A stretch of 64,000 nucleotides of DNA from an uncultured Rhodobacterales bacterium (GTDB lineage: Bacteria; Pseudomonadota; Alphaproteobacteria; Rhodobacterales; Rhodobacteraceae), in the NCBI GenBank assembly GCA_964351755.1, contig CAYGPT010000001.1, positions 95,474 to 159,473 on the forward strand. The letters are read 5' to 3'. The translations under genes were made by a program, and so were the position numbers. This document shows, in pieces, positions 36,790 to 47,800 of the stretch. Each line of letters begins with the position of its first letter. Within the stretch, counting starts at the first letter, position 1. The notes under the pieces are model-generated. The model was not told where the DNA came from, searched no databases, and saw nothing but the letters and a program-made list of their open reading frames with translations.

Positions 36790-37406
36790 ACATCAAGGCA
36801 GTCGTCTTTGACATCGGCAACGTGCTGATCGAATGGCAGCCCGAGCGGTTTTACGACAGTGTCATCGGCGAAGCACGCCGTCGGGACATGTTCGACGAGG
36901 TCGACCTGCATGCCATGAATGACAAGGTCGACATGGGTCGTCCCTTTACCGAAACGATCTATACCACCGCCGAAGTCTACCCCGACTGGCGCGACGAAAT
37001 CCGCATGTGGCACGACCGCTGGATCGAAATGGCGGCGCCCGTGATCGACCATTCGGTGCGTCTGATGAGCGCGTTGCAAGCCAAGAGTGTCCCGGTGTTC
37101 TCGCTGACCAATTTCGGCATCGAAAGCTATGATTACGCTGCCACTCAATACCCGTTTCTGCGTGACTTCGACCGCGATTTCATCTCGGGCCACATGCAGG
37201 TGATCAAACCAGCGACCAAAATCTACCAGATGGTGGAGGAGACCAGCGGCCTGTCTGGCTCCGACCTGATCTTTACCGATGATCGTCCCGACAATGTCGC
37301 TGCCGCAGCCGCACGCGGGTGGCGCACACACCTGTTCGAAGGGCCACAAGGCTGGGGTGACCGGCTGGTGGCCGAAGGGTTACTGAGTGAGGCTGAGGCT
37401 GCATGA
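36786..37406 (+). CDS. HAD-superfamily hydrolase
   Basis: Motif [11 protein letters not shown]-terminal [11 protein letters not shown] (motif IV-like). The start overlaps the yaiI stop. Confidence 0.8.
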   Translation: MNIKAVVFDIGNVLIEWQPERFYDSVIGEARRRDMFDEVDLHAMNDKVDMGRPFTETIYTTAEVYPDWRDEIRMWHDRWIEMAAPVIDHSVRLMSALQAKSVPVFSLTNFGIESYDYAATQYPFLRDFDRDFISGHMQVIKPATKIYQMVEETSGLSGSDLIFTDDRPDNVAAAAARGWRTHLFEGPQGWGDRLVAEGLLSEAEAA

Positions 37407-38314
37407 GCATACCCTTTATCCCTTTTGCGGAAGGCGAGGTGCTGCTCGACTGGATCGGCCTGACGGATACGCTGGCCCGTGGGCATGACCTGCCGAAGGC
37501 CAAGATCGGCGATACATTCCTGTATCGTGACCCCGATACGTTGTTGTCCCGCGCGGCATGGATCGACGGGATGGGTATGGCGGTCAAGACGGCGACGGTA
37601 TTTCCCAACAATCCGGGGCAAGGGGCGCCGATGATCAATGGTGGCGTGAATCTGTACTCCGACGGTGATGGCACGCTTGAGGCGATCATCGACTTTCACC
37701 TTGTCACCAAGTGGAAAACCGCCGGAGACAGCCTGCTTGCAGCCCGGCGCCTCGCCCGCCCTGACAGCCGCAACATCCTGATCGTTGGCGCAGGCACCGT
37801 GGGTCGATCGCTGTACGATGCCTATGCGGCGGCCTTCCCCGACGCCTATTTCACTGTTTGGAACAGGACCCGCGCCAATGCCGAAGCGATGGCAATGGAA
37901 TGTCCGCGTCTGACGGTCGCCGGCGATCTGGCGGATGCTGTGCAAAGTGCCGACATCGTCACATCCGCCACGATGTCGACCGAACCACTGATCAAGGGCG
38001 ACTGGCTGCGCCCCGGCCAGCACATCGACCTGATCGGGGCCTACCGCCCCGACATGCGCGAAGTGGACGATGCCGCTCTTTTGGCGGCGCGCGTCTTTGT
38101 CGACAGTTTCGACACGACGATCGGGCATATCGGTGAGGTCAAAATACCTCTTGAGGCAGGCATCATCGAACGGGACCACCTGATTGCGGACTATTACGAT
38201 CTGGCCGCCTTTGAACGCGCACCCGGCGACATTACGCTTTTTAAAAACGGGGGCGGGGCGCATCTGGACCTGATGACAAGCCGCTACATTCTGGATCGGT
38301 GGCGTTCAAAATGA
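37403..38314 (+). CDS. Ornithine cyclodeaminase/mu-crystallin family protein
   Basis: Rossmann ILIVGAGTVGRS and OCD-family core (VKTATVFPNNP, DLIGAYRPDMRE). Confidence 0.8.
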   Translation: MSIPFIPFAEGEVLLDWIGLTDTLARGHDLPKAKIGDTFLYRDPDTLLSRAAWIDGMGMAVKTATVFPNNPGQGAPMINGGVNLYSDGDGTLEAIIDFHLVTKWKTAGDSLLAARRLARPDSRNILIVGAGTVGRSLYDAYAAAFPDAYFTVWNRTRANAEAMAMECPRLTVAGDLADAVQSADIVTSATMSTEPLIKGDWLRPGQHIDLIGAYRPDMREVDDAALLAARVFVDSFDTTIGHIGEVKIPLEAGIIERDHLIADYYDLAAFERAPGDITLFKNGGGAHLDLMTSRYILDRWRSK

Positions 38315-39225
38315 TGTGGAGTCTTGTCATCCTATTGGGCCTTGCGGCCATCCCACTGACCATCGAATGGATGCGTGACGGCGTCAGCGAAAAGAAACGG
38401 CGCGCTGCATCCGGCAAGTTCGCCCTTCTTTCGCAAGGGATTACGCACTACGAATGGCTTGGCCCTGAACGCGGACCCGTAGCCGTCTGTATCCACGGTC
38501 TAAGCACATCGTCTTATGTGTGGCGTGGAATGGCCAAAGGGCTGGCGCTGATGGGGTTTCGGGTTCTGGTCTATGATCACTATGGCCGGGGGATTTCGGA
38601 TAATGTGTGGGGGCGTCAGGATGCGGGCTTTTTCCTGCAGCAATTGACCGATCTGCTGGCGCATGAGCAGGTGGATGAGCCGTTGACGGTGCTCGGCTAT
38701 TCCATGGGCGGCGCGATTGCCGCGCATTTTGCGGCGACCTATCCGGGCAAGGTCAAGCAGCTGATCCTGCTTGCCCCGGCGGGTATGCATGACATTGCAG
38801 GCGGAAAGGTGGCCATCGCAAGGGATTGGCCAGTGATTGGCGATTGGCTGTTCCTTTTGGTCTATCCCCGTATCCTTCGCAAAGGCCTGAGGGCCGAGGC
38901 GCACCTGCCCGGCAGTGTCGATAGGATCAACGCCATGCAACACGCCGAAACGGACAGGCGCGGCTATTTCCCGGCCATCCTGTCGTCCTTGCGCGGCGTT
39001 CTGCGTCACAAGACCAAAGAGCAGCATTTGGCGATTGCGGCTGCCGGCGTCCCGGTTCTGGCCGTCTGGGGCCAGGATGACGATGTCATTCCCCTGACCA
39101 GCAAGGATCGACTTGCGAAATGGAACCCGCAAGCGCGGCAGATTGTGGTGCCTGGGGCCGGGCACGGTCTGACCTATACCCACACCGATCAGGTGCTGGA
39201 CGCGCTCCGCGGCTCTCGCGGCTAG
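38311..39225 (+). CDS. Alpha/beta-fold hydrolase
   Basis: HGLSTSSYVWR, nucleophile elbow GYSMGGAIA, and C-terminal GAGHGL. ATG 38311 overlaps the upstream stop. Confidence 0.8.
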   Translation: MMWSLVILLGLAAIPLTIEWMRDGVSEKKRRAASGKFALLSQGITHYEWLGPERGPVAVCIHGLSTSSYVWRGMAKGLALMGFRVLVYDHYGRGISDNVWGRQDAGFFLQQLTDLLAHEQVDEPLTVLGYSMGGAIAAHFAATYPGKVKQLILLAPAGMHDIAGGKVAIARDWPVIGDWLFLLVYPRILRKGLRAEAHLPGSVDRINAMQHAETDRRGYFPAILSSLRGVLRHKTKEQHLAIAAAGVPVLAVWGQDDDVIPLTSKDRLAKWNPQARQIVVPGAGHGLTYTHTDQVLDALRGSRG

Positions 39226-40463
39226 TCGGTCAGCGGTCGTTTCAGGGGTTGTTCGCGGATCGGCAGGTGGACAATGGCGCTGAACGCACCGATGGCGACT
39301 CCGATCCACCAAACCTGTTCGTAGGATCCATAAAGGTCATACATCCTTCCCCCAAGCCACACGCCAAGGAATGAACCCAACTGGTGGCTGAAAAACACGA
39401 TCCCATAAAGTGTACCCATATAACGCAGCCCATAGATATGGGCGACAAGGCCGGATGTCAGCGGCACCGTGGCCAGCCACAGGGACCCCATGGCAATGGA
39501 AAACAGGATCACTGTTGCTGGTGTCATTGGAAAAATGATGAAAAGCGCGGCCACGATGGTGCGGCCCGTGTAGATACCTGCCAGCAGGTATTTCTTGGTA
39601 TACCGCTTGCCCGCCCATCCCGCAGCCAGTGTGCCGGCAATGTTGGCCAGCCCGATCAGGGCAATCGACCATGCCCCGAGGGCGGATGTCGTCGTGATCC
39701 CGATATTGTGCAGGACGCTACCTGCGAGGATCGGTCCGCACACTTCGGTCACGAAGGCGGGAAAGTGTGCCGTGACAAAGGCCAGTTGATACCCGCAGGA
39801 AAAGAAGCCCAGAAAGATCAGCGTGTAGGATGGATCACGGAAGGCCTTGATCAGGATCTGGCCCAAGCTGTCTTCGAGTTCGGTTCGTGAGGCCATTGCG
39901 GGTGCGCGCATCAGCGGTAGGGTCAGGATCAGCGACAGGATGACAACGGCAAAGATCAGGAACACGTTTTGCCAACTCATCATCGTCAGCATCCATTCCG
40001 CTACCGGCGCTCCGAACACTTGGCCTGCGGACCCCGCTGCGGTGGCAATGGCCAGACTCATTGACCGGTTGTCGTCGCTTGACGCCCGCCCGACCACTGC
40101 CAAAATCACACCGAACCCGGTGCCCGCGACACCAAAGCCCACCAGCCACGCATAGGCCTGATGTTCCAGAGGAGTTGTCGACCACGCGGACAGAACCAAT
40201 CCGACGGCGTAGATCAGCGCGCCCATGATAATCGCCTTGCGATCCCCGATCTTTTCCGCGACGGCGCCGAAAATCGGCTGGCCGATCCCCCACGCCAGGT
40301 TCTGGATTGCGATGGCCAGCGAAAATTCGGTCCGCAACCAGCCAAACTCTTCGGCGATGGGGATCTGGAACACGCCGAAGGACGCGCGCACAGCAAAGCT
40401 GACCATGATGATGACGCTGCCCACGATCAGAACCGGGGTAAAGATGGACGGTCTGCTTTGCAT
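39222..40463 (-). CDS. MFS transporter
   Basis: 413 aa with about 12 hydrophobic segments. MFS loop motif GAVAEKIGDRKAI. Confidence 0.8.
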   Translation of the reverse strand: MQSRPSIFTPVLIVGSVIIMVSFAVRASFGVFQIPIAEEFGWLRTEFSLAIAIQNLAWGIGQPIFGAVAEKIGDRKAIIMGALIYAVGLVLSAWSTTPLEHQAYAWLVGFGVAGTGFGVILAVVGRASSDDNRSMSLAIATAAGSAGQVFGAPVAEWMLTMMSWQNVFLIFAVVILSLILTLPLMRAPAMASRTELEDSLGQILIKAFRDPSYTLIFLGFFSCGYQLAFVTAHFPAFVTEVCGPILAGSVLHNIGITTTSALGAWSIALIGLANIAGTLAAGWAGKRYTKKYLLAGIYTGRTIVAALFIIFPMTPATVILFSIAMGSLWLATVPLTSGLVAHIYGLRYMGTLYGIVFFSHQLGSFLGVWLGGRMYDLYGSYEQVWWIGVAIGAFSAIVHLPIREQPLKRPLTD

Positions 40464-40599
40464 GTGATGACTCCAATCAATTGATGCAGATAGCCAGCGG
40501 CTTCACTGTGCGTCAAATCAGGAATTTTTGGCGTCGCTCAACAATCGCTGATGTATGCTGGCTTTTCTTGCGCCCGCCAGCGCGCTACCACGGACGCAG

Positions 40600-41655
40600 A
40601 TGACCGATCTGATCAAAGAATACGACGCCTTGGTGGCCGCTGGCACGCTTAAACGCGACGACGCGCAAGAGGCGGTGCTGCCGGAATTCGAACGCATCCG
40701 CGCCGCTTTGGCCGAACCGTTCAAGCGCGGACTATTCCGTAAGGCGCCCGAGCCGCCCAAAGGCTTGTACCTTTGGGGCGGTGTGGGGCGCGGCAAATCC
40801 ATGCTGATGGATTTCTTTGTCTCTCATGTCGAGGCACCGGCCCGCCGCGTACACTTCCACGCCTTCATGCAGGAAATCCACGCCGCCATGCACATAGCCC
40901 GCAAACGGGGCGTGGACGATGCGATTGCGCCAGTGGCGGCAGATGTTGCGGCCTCTGTCCGGTTGCTGGCCTTTGACGAAATGCAGATCAGCGACATCAC
41001 CGATGCGATGATCGTAGGCCGATTGTTCGAAGCGCTTTTTACTGCCGGGGTGGTGGTGGTGACCACGTCGAACCGGGTGCCGGATGATCTTTACAAGGAT
41101 GGGCTGAACCGTCAGCTGTTCCTTCCCTTCATCGAGCAGTTGAAACAGCGGATGGTGGTTTGGGAACTCGCCTCGCCCACCGATTACCGGCAAGACAGGC
41201 TGACTGGCAGTCCGACCTATTTCACACCTCTGGGTGGTGAGGCGCGCAAACAGATGAATGCGATCTGGACTGATCTGTCGGGGGGCGAGGCTCAGCCGTT
41301 GGACATTATCGTGACCGGGCGCACTCTGACCGTGCCGCAGTTCCGAAACGGGGTCGGACGCGCCAGCTTTTACGACCTGTGCGCCAAGCCGTTGGGGCCA
41401 GGTGACTTTCTGGCCATTGCCGCTGCCTGCAAGGTGTTGATGGTCGATGACATACCTTGCCTATCACGCAGCAACTTCAACGAAGCCAAGCGGTTCGTGA
41501 CCATGATCGATGCGCTCTACGAGGCGCACGTGCGGCTGATCTGTTCGGCGGCGGCGGTGCCTGAGATGCTGTATCTCGAAGGGGAGGGCACGTTCGAATT
41601 CGAACGCACCGCCTCGCGCCTTCGCGAGATGCAAAGCGATGATTGGATGGCCTAG
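40600..41655 (+). CDS. zapE: ZapE/AFG1-family ATPase
   Basis: Walker A GGVGRGKSMLMD, Walker B LLAFDEMQISD. ATG 40600 is preferred over the ORF-track start 40555. Confidence 0.85.
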   Translation: MTDLIKEYDALVAAGTLKRDDAQEAVLPEFERIRAALAEPFKRGLFRKAPEPPKGLYLWGGVGRGKSMLMDFFVSHVEAPARRVHFHAFMQEIHAAMHIARKRGVDDAIAPVAADVAASVRLLAFDEMQISDITDAMIVGRLFEALFTAGVVVVTTSNRVPDDLYKDGLNRQLFLPFIEQLKQRMVVWELASPTDYRQDRLTGSPTYFTPLGGEARKQMNAIWTDLSGGEAQPLDIIVTGRTLTVPQFRNGVGRASFYDLCAKPLGPGDFLAIAAACKVLMVDDIPCLSRSNFNEAKRFVTMIDALYEAHVRLICSAAAVPEMLYLEGEGTFEFERTASRLREMQSDDWMA

Positions 41656-42932
41656 CCGTTTTCCCGCAGAACTGTTCCGGCGAGATACAGTGATCCACAG
41701 ATCAGCACCCGTGCATGCGGCGTGTGATCAAGGATCCCGGAAAGGGCAGTCGCCAGGTCGGGTGCTTCGGACGCATTTAGCCCCACGTCGCGTGCTGCTT
41801 GTGCGGTGTCGCCAGCGGGTAAGGTTGCTGCCTCTCCCGGAATGGAAAGGGCCGTCAGACTGTCCGCAACGTCTGCCAAAGGTCCGAGATAGCCGCGCAC
41901 ATCCTTGGTGTTGAGCATACCACAGATCAAGTGCGTTGGCCGTTTCGGCATATTGCGCAGGACCGAGGCAATAGCGGCGCCGGCAGCGGGGTTGTGGCCG
42001 CCGTCCAACCACAGCTCTGCCCCGGATGCGGCAGCGATGTCTGCAAGCGGGCCGGACTGCAATCGCTGCATCCTTGCAGGCCAATGGGTGTTTGTCAGGG
42101 CGGCGGTGCAAGCAGCCTCATCACATCCCAAATGGCGCAAAGCGGCCAGCGCCATGCCAGCATTCTGGATTTGGTGATCGCCGGGTAGCACCGGACGGGG
42201 TAGGTCCAGCAGCCCGGTTTCATCCTGATAGATCATGCCATCGCGTTCCGCGCTGGCATGCCAATGCTGGCCATACGCCAGCAGTGGCGCACCCAGTCGC
42301 GCGGCACGCGCCTCGATTACCTCAAGGCCCGCATCATCCTGCGGGCCAACAACACAAGGAACACCGCGCTTGATGATGCCGGCCTTTTCCCCCGCGATGG
42401 CTGTTAGCGTGTTACCCAGATAGGCCTCGTGATCCATCGAAACGGGCGTGATGACGGTGAGGGCAGGTGCATCGATCACGTTGGTAGCATCCAGGCGCCC
42501 ACCAAGACCAACCTCAAGCAGCGTGTAGTCAGCCGAAGTGCGGGCGAAGGCCAGCAGTGCGGCACAAGTCGTGATCTCGAAATAGGTGATGTCCGCCCCA
42601 TCATTGGCGGCATAGCATTCGTCCAGCATCGCCGTCAGGTCGGGTTCTGAAATCAGCGTGCCGGCCAGCCTGATACGCTCGTGAAACCGCGCAAGGTGGG
42701 GTGAGGTATATGCGTGCACCCGCTTGCCCGAGGCTTCCAACCCGGCGCGGATCATCGCTTGGGTCGATCCCTTGCCGTTAGTGCCCGCGATATGGATCAC
42801 GGGCGGCAGATCATCCTGCGGATTTCCCAGCGCGGTCAGAAGCCGCCAGACACGGTCCAGTGTCAGGTCGATGATCTTGGGGTGCAGCGCCATCATCCGG
42901 GCAAGGATGGCGTCGGATGTGCCCGTGCTCAT
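41652..42932 (-). CDS. folC: Bifunctional folylpolyglutamate synthase/dihydrofolate synthase
   Basis: Mur-ligase P-loop IHIAGTNGKGST. ATG 42932 overlaps the accD stop (ATGA). The 883-aa ORF-track entry is an over-extension. Confidence 0.9.
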   Translation of the reverse strand: MSTGTSDAILARMMALHPKIIDLTLDRVWRLLTALGNPQDDLPPVIHIAGTNGKGSTQAMIRAGLEASGKRVHAYTSPHLARFHERIRLAGTLISEPDLTAMLDECYAANDGADITYFEITTCAALLAFARTSADYTLLEVGLGGRLDATNVIDAPALTVITPVSMDHEAYLGNTLTAIAGEKAGIIKRGVPCVVGPQDDAGLEVIEARAARLGAPLLAYGQHWHASAERDGMIYQDETGLLDLPRPVLPGDHQIQNAGMALAALRHLGCDEAACTAALTNTHWPARMQRLQSGPLADIAAASGAELWLDGGHNPAAGAAIASVLRNMPKRPTHLICGMLNTKDVRGYLGPLADVADSLTALSIPGEAATLPAGDTAQAARDVGLNASEAPDLATALSGILDHTPHARVLICGSLYLAGTVLRENG

Positions 42933-43906
42933 GACGTGGGTGCATCGCCTGTGCTGGTCTGGTCGGTGTTCGGCTTGGCGTCGGCCTTGGGTTCGAGAGC
43001 CGGCATCGGTTCCTGATCCAAAACCGGCGCGGGCAGATCGCCTGCGACGGCAGGTGGCAGACCCATCAGCATCCGGGTGATGGTGATCAATTCGTCTCGC
43101 ATCTCGGTCCGTTTCGTGACCCGGTCCAGCATTCCGTGATCCAGCAGGTATTCGGCACGCTGGAAGCCTTCGGGCAGTTTTTCGCGAATGGTCTGTTCGA
43201 TCACGCGCGGCCCGGCAAAGCAGATCAGCGCGTTGGGTTCGGCGATATGCACATCGCCCAGCATGGCATAGCTGGCCGTCACACCGCCCGTGGTCGGGTG
43301 GGTCAGAACGACGATGTAAGGCAGGCCCGCTTCCTTCAGCATCTGCACGGCAACGGTGCTGCGCGGCATCTGCATCAGGCTCAGGATGCCCTCTTGCATC
43401 CGCGCGCCCCCGGCGGCGGAAAACAGGATCAACGGGCGCTTGAGCTTCACGGCCTCCTGCGCGGCAGCGATGATCGCGTTGCCCACATACATGCCCATCG
43501 AACCGGCCATGAAACTGAAGTCCTGCGCGGCGGCGATGATGGGCGTGCGCCCGATCTGGCCTGCCGCGACCAGCATCGCCTCGGCCTCTCCCGTGCTCTT
43601 TTGCGCACTGCGCATGCGTTCCGGATATTTTTTCTGATCGCGGAAATGCAGCGGGTCGGCAAGCGGAGCGGGTACTTTGACTTCGGTGAACACACCGCCG
43701 TCGAACAGGGCGCGAAACCGGTCGCGTGGGGTGATCCCCATGTGGTGGTTGCAATTGGTGCAGACGTTCAGATTGTCGCTTAGTTCGCGGTGAAACAGCA
43801 TGGTCCCGCACTCGTCGCACTTGGTCCACAGGTTGTCGGGCGTTTCGCGACGCGAAAAGATCGAATTGATCCGGGGGCGGACATAGTTGCTGATCCAGTT
43901 CATCAC
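42929..43906 (-). CDS. accD: Acetyl-CoA carboxylase carboxyltransferase beta subunit
   Basis: N-terminal Zn ribbon (CDECGTMLF...CTNCNHH) and carboxyltransferase core (FSFMAGSMG). Confidence 0.95.
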   Translation of the reverse strand: MMNWISNYVRPRINSIFSRRETPDNLWTKCDECGTMLFHRELSDNLNVCTNCNHHMGITPRDRFRALFDGGVFTEVKVPAPLADPLHFRDQKKYPERMRSAQKSTGEAEAMLVAAGQIGRTPIIAAAQDFSFMAGSMGMYVGNAIIAAAQEAVKLKRPLILFSAAGGARMQEGILSLMQMPRSTVAVQMLKEAGLPYIVVLTHPTTGGVTASYAMLGDVHIAEPNALICFAGPRVIEQTIREKLPEGFQRAEYLLDHGMLDRVTKRTEMRDELITITRMLMGLPPAVAGDLPAPVLDQEPMPALEPKADAKPNTDQTSTGDAPTS

Positions 43907-43960
43907 GTCTTCCTGCTGCGGCGTCGTGTGTCAGATAATCCGGGCAAGGGGCAAATGCAA

Positions 43961-44866
43961 TCAGGCCCTGATCGCAAGCCGCGCTACCAGCCAGCTGACC
44001 AGCATAAAGCCGAAGTCGACAGGCAGCCACGCGGCCATCTGTGCCTCGTCCGACATGCCAAACGGCAAAACATAAAGCGCCAGTCCCGACATCTCGTCCG
44101 GTGTGCTGGTCAGAATCATGGCTGAGATGTTGTTGACGAAGTGTACCGCCATGGCTGGACCTAGGGTTCCTGACCGCGCAGTCAGGTCCGCCATCAGGAT
44201 ACCGAACATCGTCGCCCACGCCACGATGGTCCATGCATTGCTGCCCGCGCTTTCGGGCAAGTAGTGACCGATGCCGAACAGTGCGGCAGGTGCCAGCATC
44301 CACACCAGCGGCGATTTGAATCGTGCCGCCAGCTGCTGTTGTACATAGCCGCGGAAGAATACTTCCTCGGCACTGGTCTGCACTAGTACCGCCAGCAAAG
44401 CGACCGGAAGCAGCAAAAACCAGCGACCAAACCCCATATTGCGCTGCAACGGATCGCCAAAATCATAGGGGGGGAGAACCCAGATCGCGGCGGTCAGGAC
44501 GATCATGGCAACCACCACGATTCCGAACTGGCGCGCGGCAAGCGCCGGATCACCGATCAGGGTCAAGGGTCTGCGTTTGTGGACCATGATGACCACCAGC
44601 CCGGCAGAGACGGCCAGCAGACCCAGTTGGCTGAGCAAAACCAACATACCGGCTGCCGTTTGCCCCGATTGACTGTCTGCAAGGATCGCCTGTGCCGCCG
44701 CAGGCTCCAACAGCTGCAACAAGCTGCCAAAGACCAGTTGGCTGAGCGCCAGAAAAAAAGCCGCAGCCAGAACTAGGCCAAGGCACAATCGCCATAGCTG
44801 CGGCGCCGCCAGCGCAGGCGCGACAAAGCGGGCGTGCGGGCGATAGTCAAAGGACCAGACGCTCAT
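43961..44866 (-). CDS. CPBP (CAAX/Abi) family intramembrane metalloprotease
   Basis: Polytopic membrane protein with CPBP motifs EEVFFRGY, FGIGH and HFVNN. Its ATG overlaps the stop of the upstream 1025-aa gene (ATGA). Confidence 0.8.
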   Translation of the reverse strand: MSVWSFDYRPHARFVAPALAAPQLWRLCLGLVLAAAFFLALSQLVFGSLLQLLEPAAAQAILADSQSGQTAAGMLVLLSQLGLLAVSAGLVVIMVHKRRPLTLIGDPALAARQFGIVVVAMIVLTAAIWVLPPYDFGDPLQRNMGFGRWFLLLPVALLAVLVQTSAEEVFFRGYVQQQLAARFKSPLVWMLAPAALFGIGHYLPESAGSNAWTIVAWATMFGILMADLTARSGTLGPAMAVHFVNNISAMILTSTPDEMSGLALYVLPFGMSDEAQMAAWLPVDFGFMLVSWLVARLAIRA

Positions 44867-47800
44867 TCGTCCAGCGGCGGCGGTGGCGGCCCCTCGTCTT
44901 GCGGGATTGAAATATTGGCCTGACGCAGCAATTCGGCTGCCCCTGTGAGATGGCCGGCCACGGTTTGCAGCAGGCCCAGCAAAACGGTGGAGTCGTTTTC
45001 AAGGACTGCCCGGAATTCTGCCGCACCGATCCGCAGGAATTTGGATTTGGCCGTCGCGGTCAGGTTCAACTGCCGCGGTTCGTCCAAAATAATGGCCAGA
45101 TCGCCGATCAACCGCCCCGGCTCGACCGCTGAAACCGTCCTTTGGCCGCCATCAGGCGCATCATAGCTCAGCAGACCGGAGCCAGAGATACACAGATAGG
45201 CCGCGTCCGGTTTTTCGTTCATGGAAAAGATGCGCTGATCGGTGTTTGCATCGTACCACTGCGCTGCAAAGGCGAGCAGGCGCTGATTGCGTGTGCTGAT
45301 ATTGGCGAACATGTCGGTGCGCGCGATGACGCGCAACTTGCGGCTCAGATCGTCGCTTTCTGTATCTTCGTGGTTCTGCACGCCGTCGATCCGCCCGCCC
45401 TTGATCTCGACGAACAGGTCGTAGGCATCCGGGTTCTCGAATTTTTCTTCGAGGAATATCAGCGTTGCGTCCGGCAACATGCCGCGCAGCGCGTTGCGCG
45501 TTGTGCGCCGCTCGTCCGCGTCGTGGCTGGCCAAGGCACGGTCCAGAACAAGAACATCCGGCCGTTTGATCCCCGCCCGCGAAAACGCCGCCCGTTCGTG
45601 GAACACCGGGGGCAGATTGGTGCCGCCAAGGCCCGTGGGAATGTCGAACACGGTTTCGGCAACCAGACGACGAAGCCCCTCGTCCTTGATCAGGTCGGCG
45701 ACAAGGTCCTCCACCATCTCACCTTTGAGGCCCGCAACCATGGAAATTCGGCCATAAAGCGCATTTTCCAGAAGGGTCAAACGCGGCAAATAATTGTCCG
45801 GCGCGATCGGCACGAAAAAGTCCTCGGTTTGTTCGCGCAGCGCGTCCCCATTGGCTTTGCGAATCGCGACGATTTCCTTTTTGAAACTGTCGGGAAAGGC
45901 TGGTCCGATCTGTTCGGCTGTGAAGGCAAAAGGCACGGTCAGCAGCAACGCGAATTCCTCGTCGCTCAGAGCCGCGTCTCCCTTTTCCCGGCGGCGTTGG
46001 GCGATATCGACCAGACGTTCGTACATCTCTTCCGAGATGTTCAGGGCTGTAAACAGCGGGTGGTTCGTGCCGTCCATTCCAAAGGTCTGGTGCAGCGTTT
46101 CTATCAGTGTCTGCGAGATTGCGATGCCTTGTTCGGCCACCCCATGATCAAGGATGAGGTTCATGAACATCGTGTTTGCCGCCAGTCCTTCCTGACTGAT
46201 TTCTCGTTTGGGCGAAGCAAATAGCAGGTTGCCGCCCAAAGGCACTGCTGGGTTGAATTCGTCAGGGTCAAAGCGGTGAACAACGTCGATGACTCCCTTC
46301 TCGCGCAGGCACTTTTCGACTGCGGGGCGCAATTTCACGATGGCTTTGGCCAGCTCGGGGTGGGTTTCGGCGTCGATCCGGCTGGTGAGCATGCGCCGGA
46401 ACATGAACTCGTCAATGCCCATCGCCTGCACCAGCTCGAACCACCATTTGCGGATGTCATCAGAGTCGTTCAGCCCTGCAAGGGCTGGATCGACCCAGTC
46501 CGTGTTCACTTGGTCCGCGCTATTTCCCGCGCGGAGGGATTCGATCAGCATCTTGTCCTTCTTGCCCCGATCAATCGGGACGGTCCTTGGGCTGGTCATC
46601 AGCGGCATCAGCAGGTTGCTGCCCAGTGTGCCGTCAAACAGGTAGGGGCGGGAATGCGCATAACCGATGCGCGCCGCGATCACGGCTTGATGCATCTGGG
46701 ACAAGTCAAATCCGGCGATTTCGATCTTGCCGCGTGTGGGCAGTACCTCGCGCGTCAGCAGTTCGGCAAAGGCCGTACGTTCGGATTCGTTGCGCGCCTG
46801 AATGGCGACCCGCGCGCCCTTCGGGATGGTCAGGTCGATATTTTCCAGCACCGGATTGTTGTCCGCATTGCGCACCGTAACGTCCTTGATGACGATGTCG
46901 CCCTGCAGGTGCGGAATTTCTTCTGGCTCACCTTCGAAAAGGGCCTCGTCGATCATGCCGTTCGGCCCGAACCGCTCTGTCACAACTTCCCAGCGGACGG
47001 CCATATCCTGCGTCTGGTTGTAGTAGGTCAAAAGCTCTTTCCACGGGCTCGACAGGTCCTTGTAAGCCGCCAGCGCTGCGACCAGCGCGCCCACGGTGAT
47101 TTGCCCCTGAATGGCAAGGTAACCACCGACGGAATAGAAAAAGAACGGGGTCAGCTGCGTGATGAAGTTGTTAAGGAACTTCATCAGAAACTTTTGTTGG
47201 TAGATCTTGAACCGGATGTAGAACAAGCGCCCCAAACGGTCGGTGAATTGCGCAAGGCGATAGCGCAGGCCGCCATTGGTGCGCAGGTCTGAAATGCCCG
47301 CAGCACTTTCCCCGATTTCGGAGGAAAAGGCGCGCATTTCCTTGATCCGTTCCTTGTTCAGCAGGTTGATGCGCCGTTGCATCATCGGGATCAACCAGGC
47401 CTGCAGGGGGATCAGCGCAATACCCGCCAGCCCGAACCAGAAGGATTGGATGAACAGGAACACGAGAATGATCAGCATCTGCCCGGCCTGAAACACCGGT
47501 TGGGCCACCATGTCGCCCATCAGCCCGCCCATGGGCTCTGCCTCGGATGTGACCATGCTGACCAATTCGCCCTGACCGGTCGAGCGGAAGTAGCTGCGCG
47601 GAAACCGCAGCATGCGTGCGATCAGCGAATAACGGAACCGGCGCAACAGGCGTTCGGCCGTCACACCCTTCATCGTGTTCAGGCGCATTTTCAGCAAGCC
47701 ATGCGCAACGACCGCCGCAAGATAACCGAAACACAAAGCCAGCAGAAACTGAACTTGGGTCAGCTCAAAGTTCCAGACGGCAATGACATCGTCTGCCGCG

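Noticed and set aside
41652-44303. An 883-aa ORF spans folC, accD and part of the CPBP gene region.
   Set aside because: Only the 3' 426 codons (41652-42932) read as FolC. The upstream part is an open-frame artefact that overlaps the well-supported accD in another frame.
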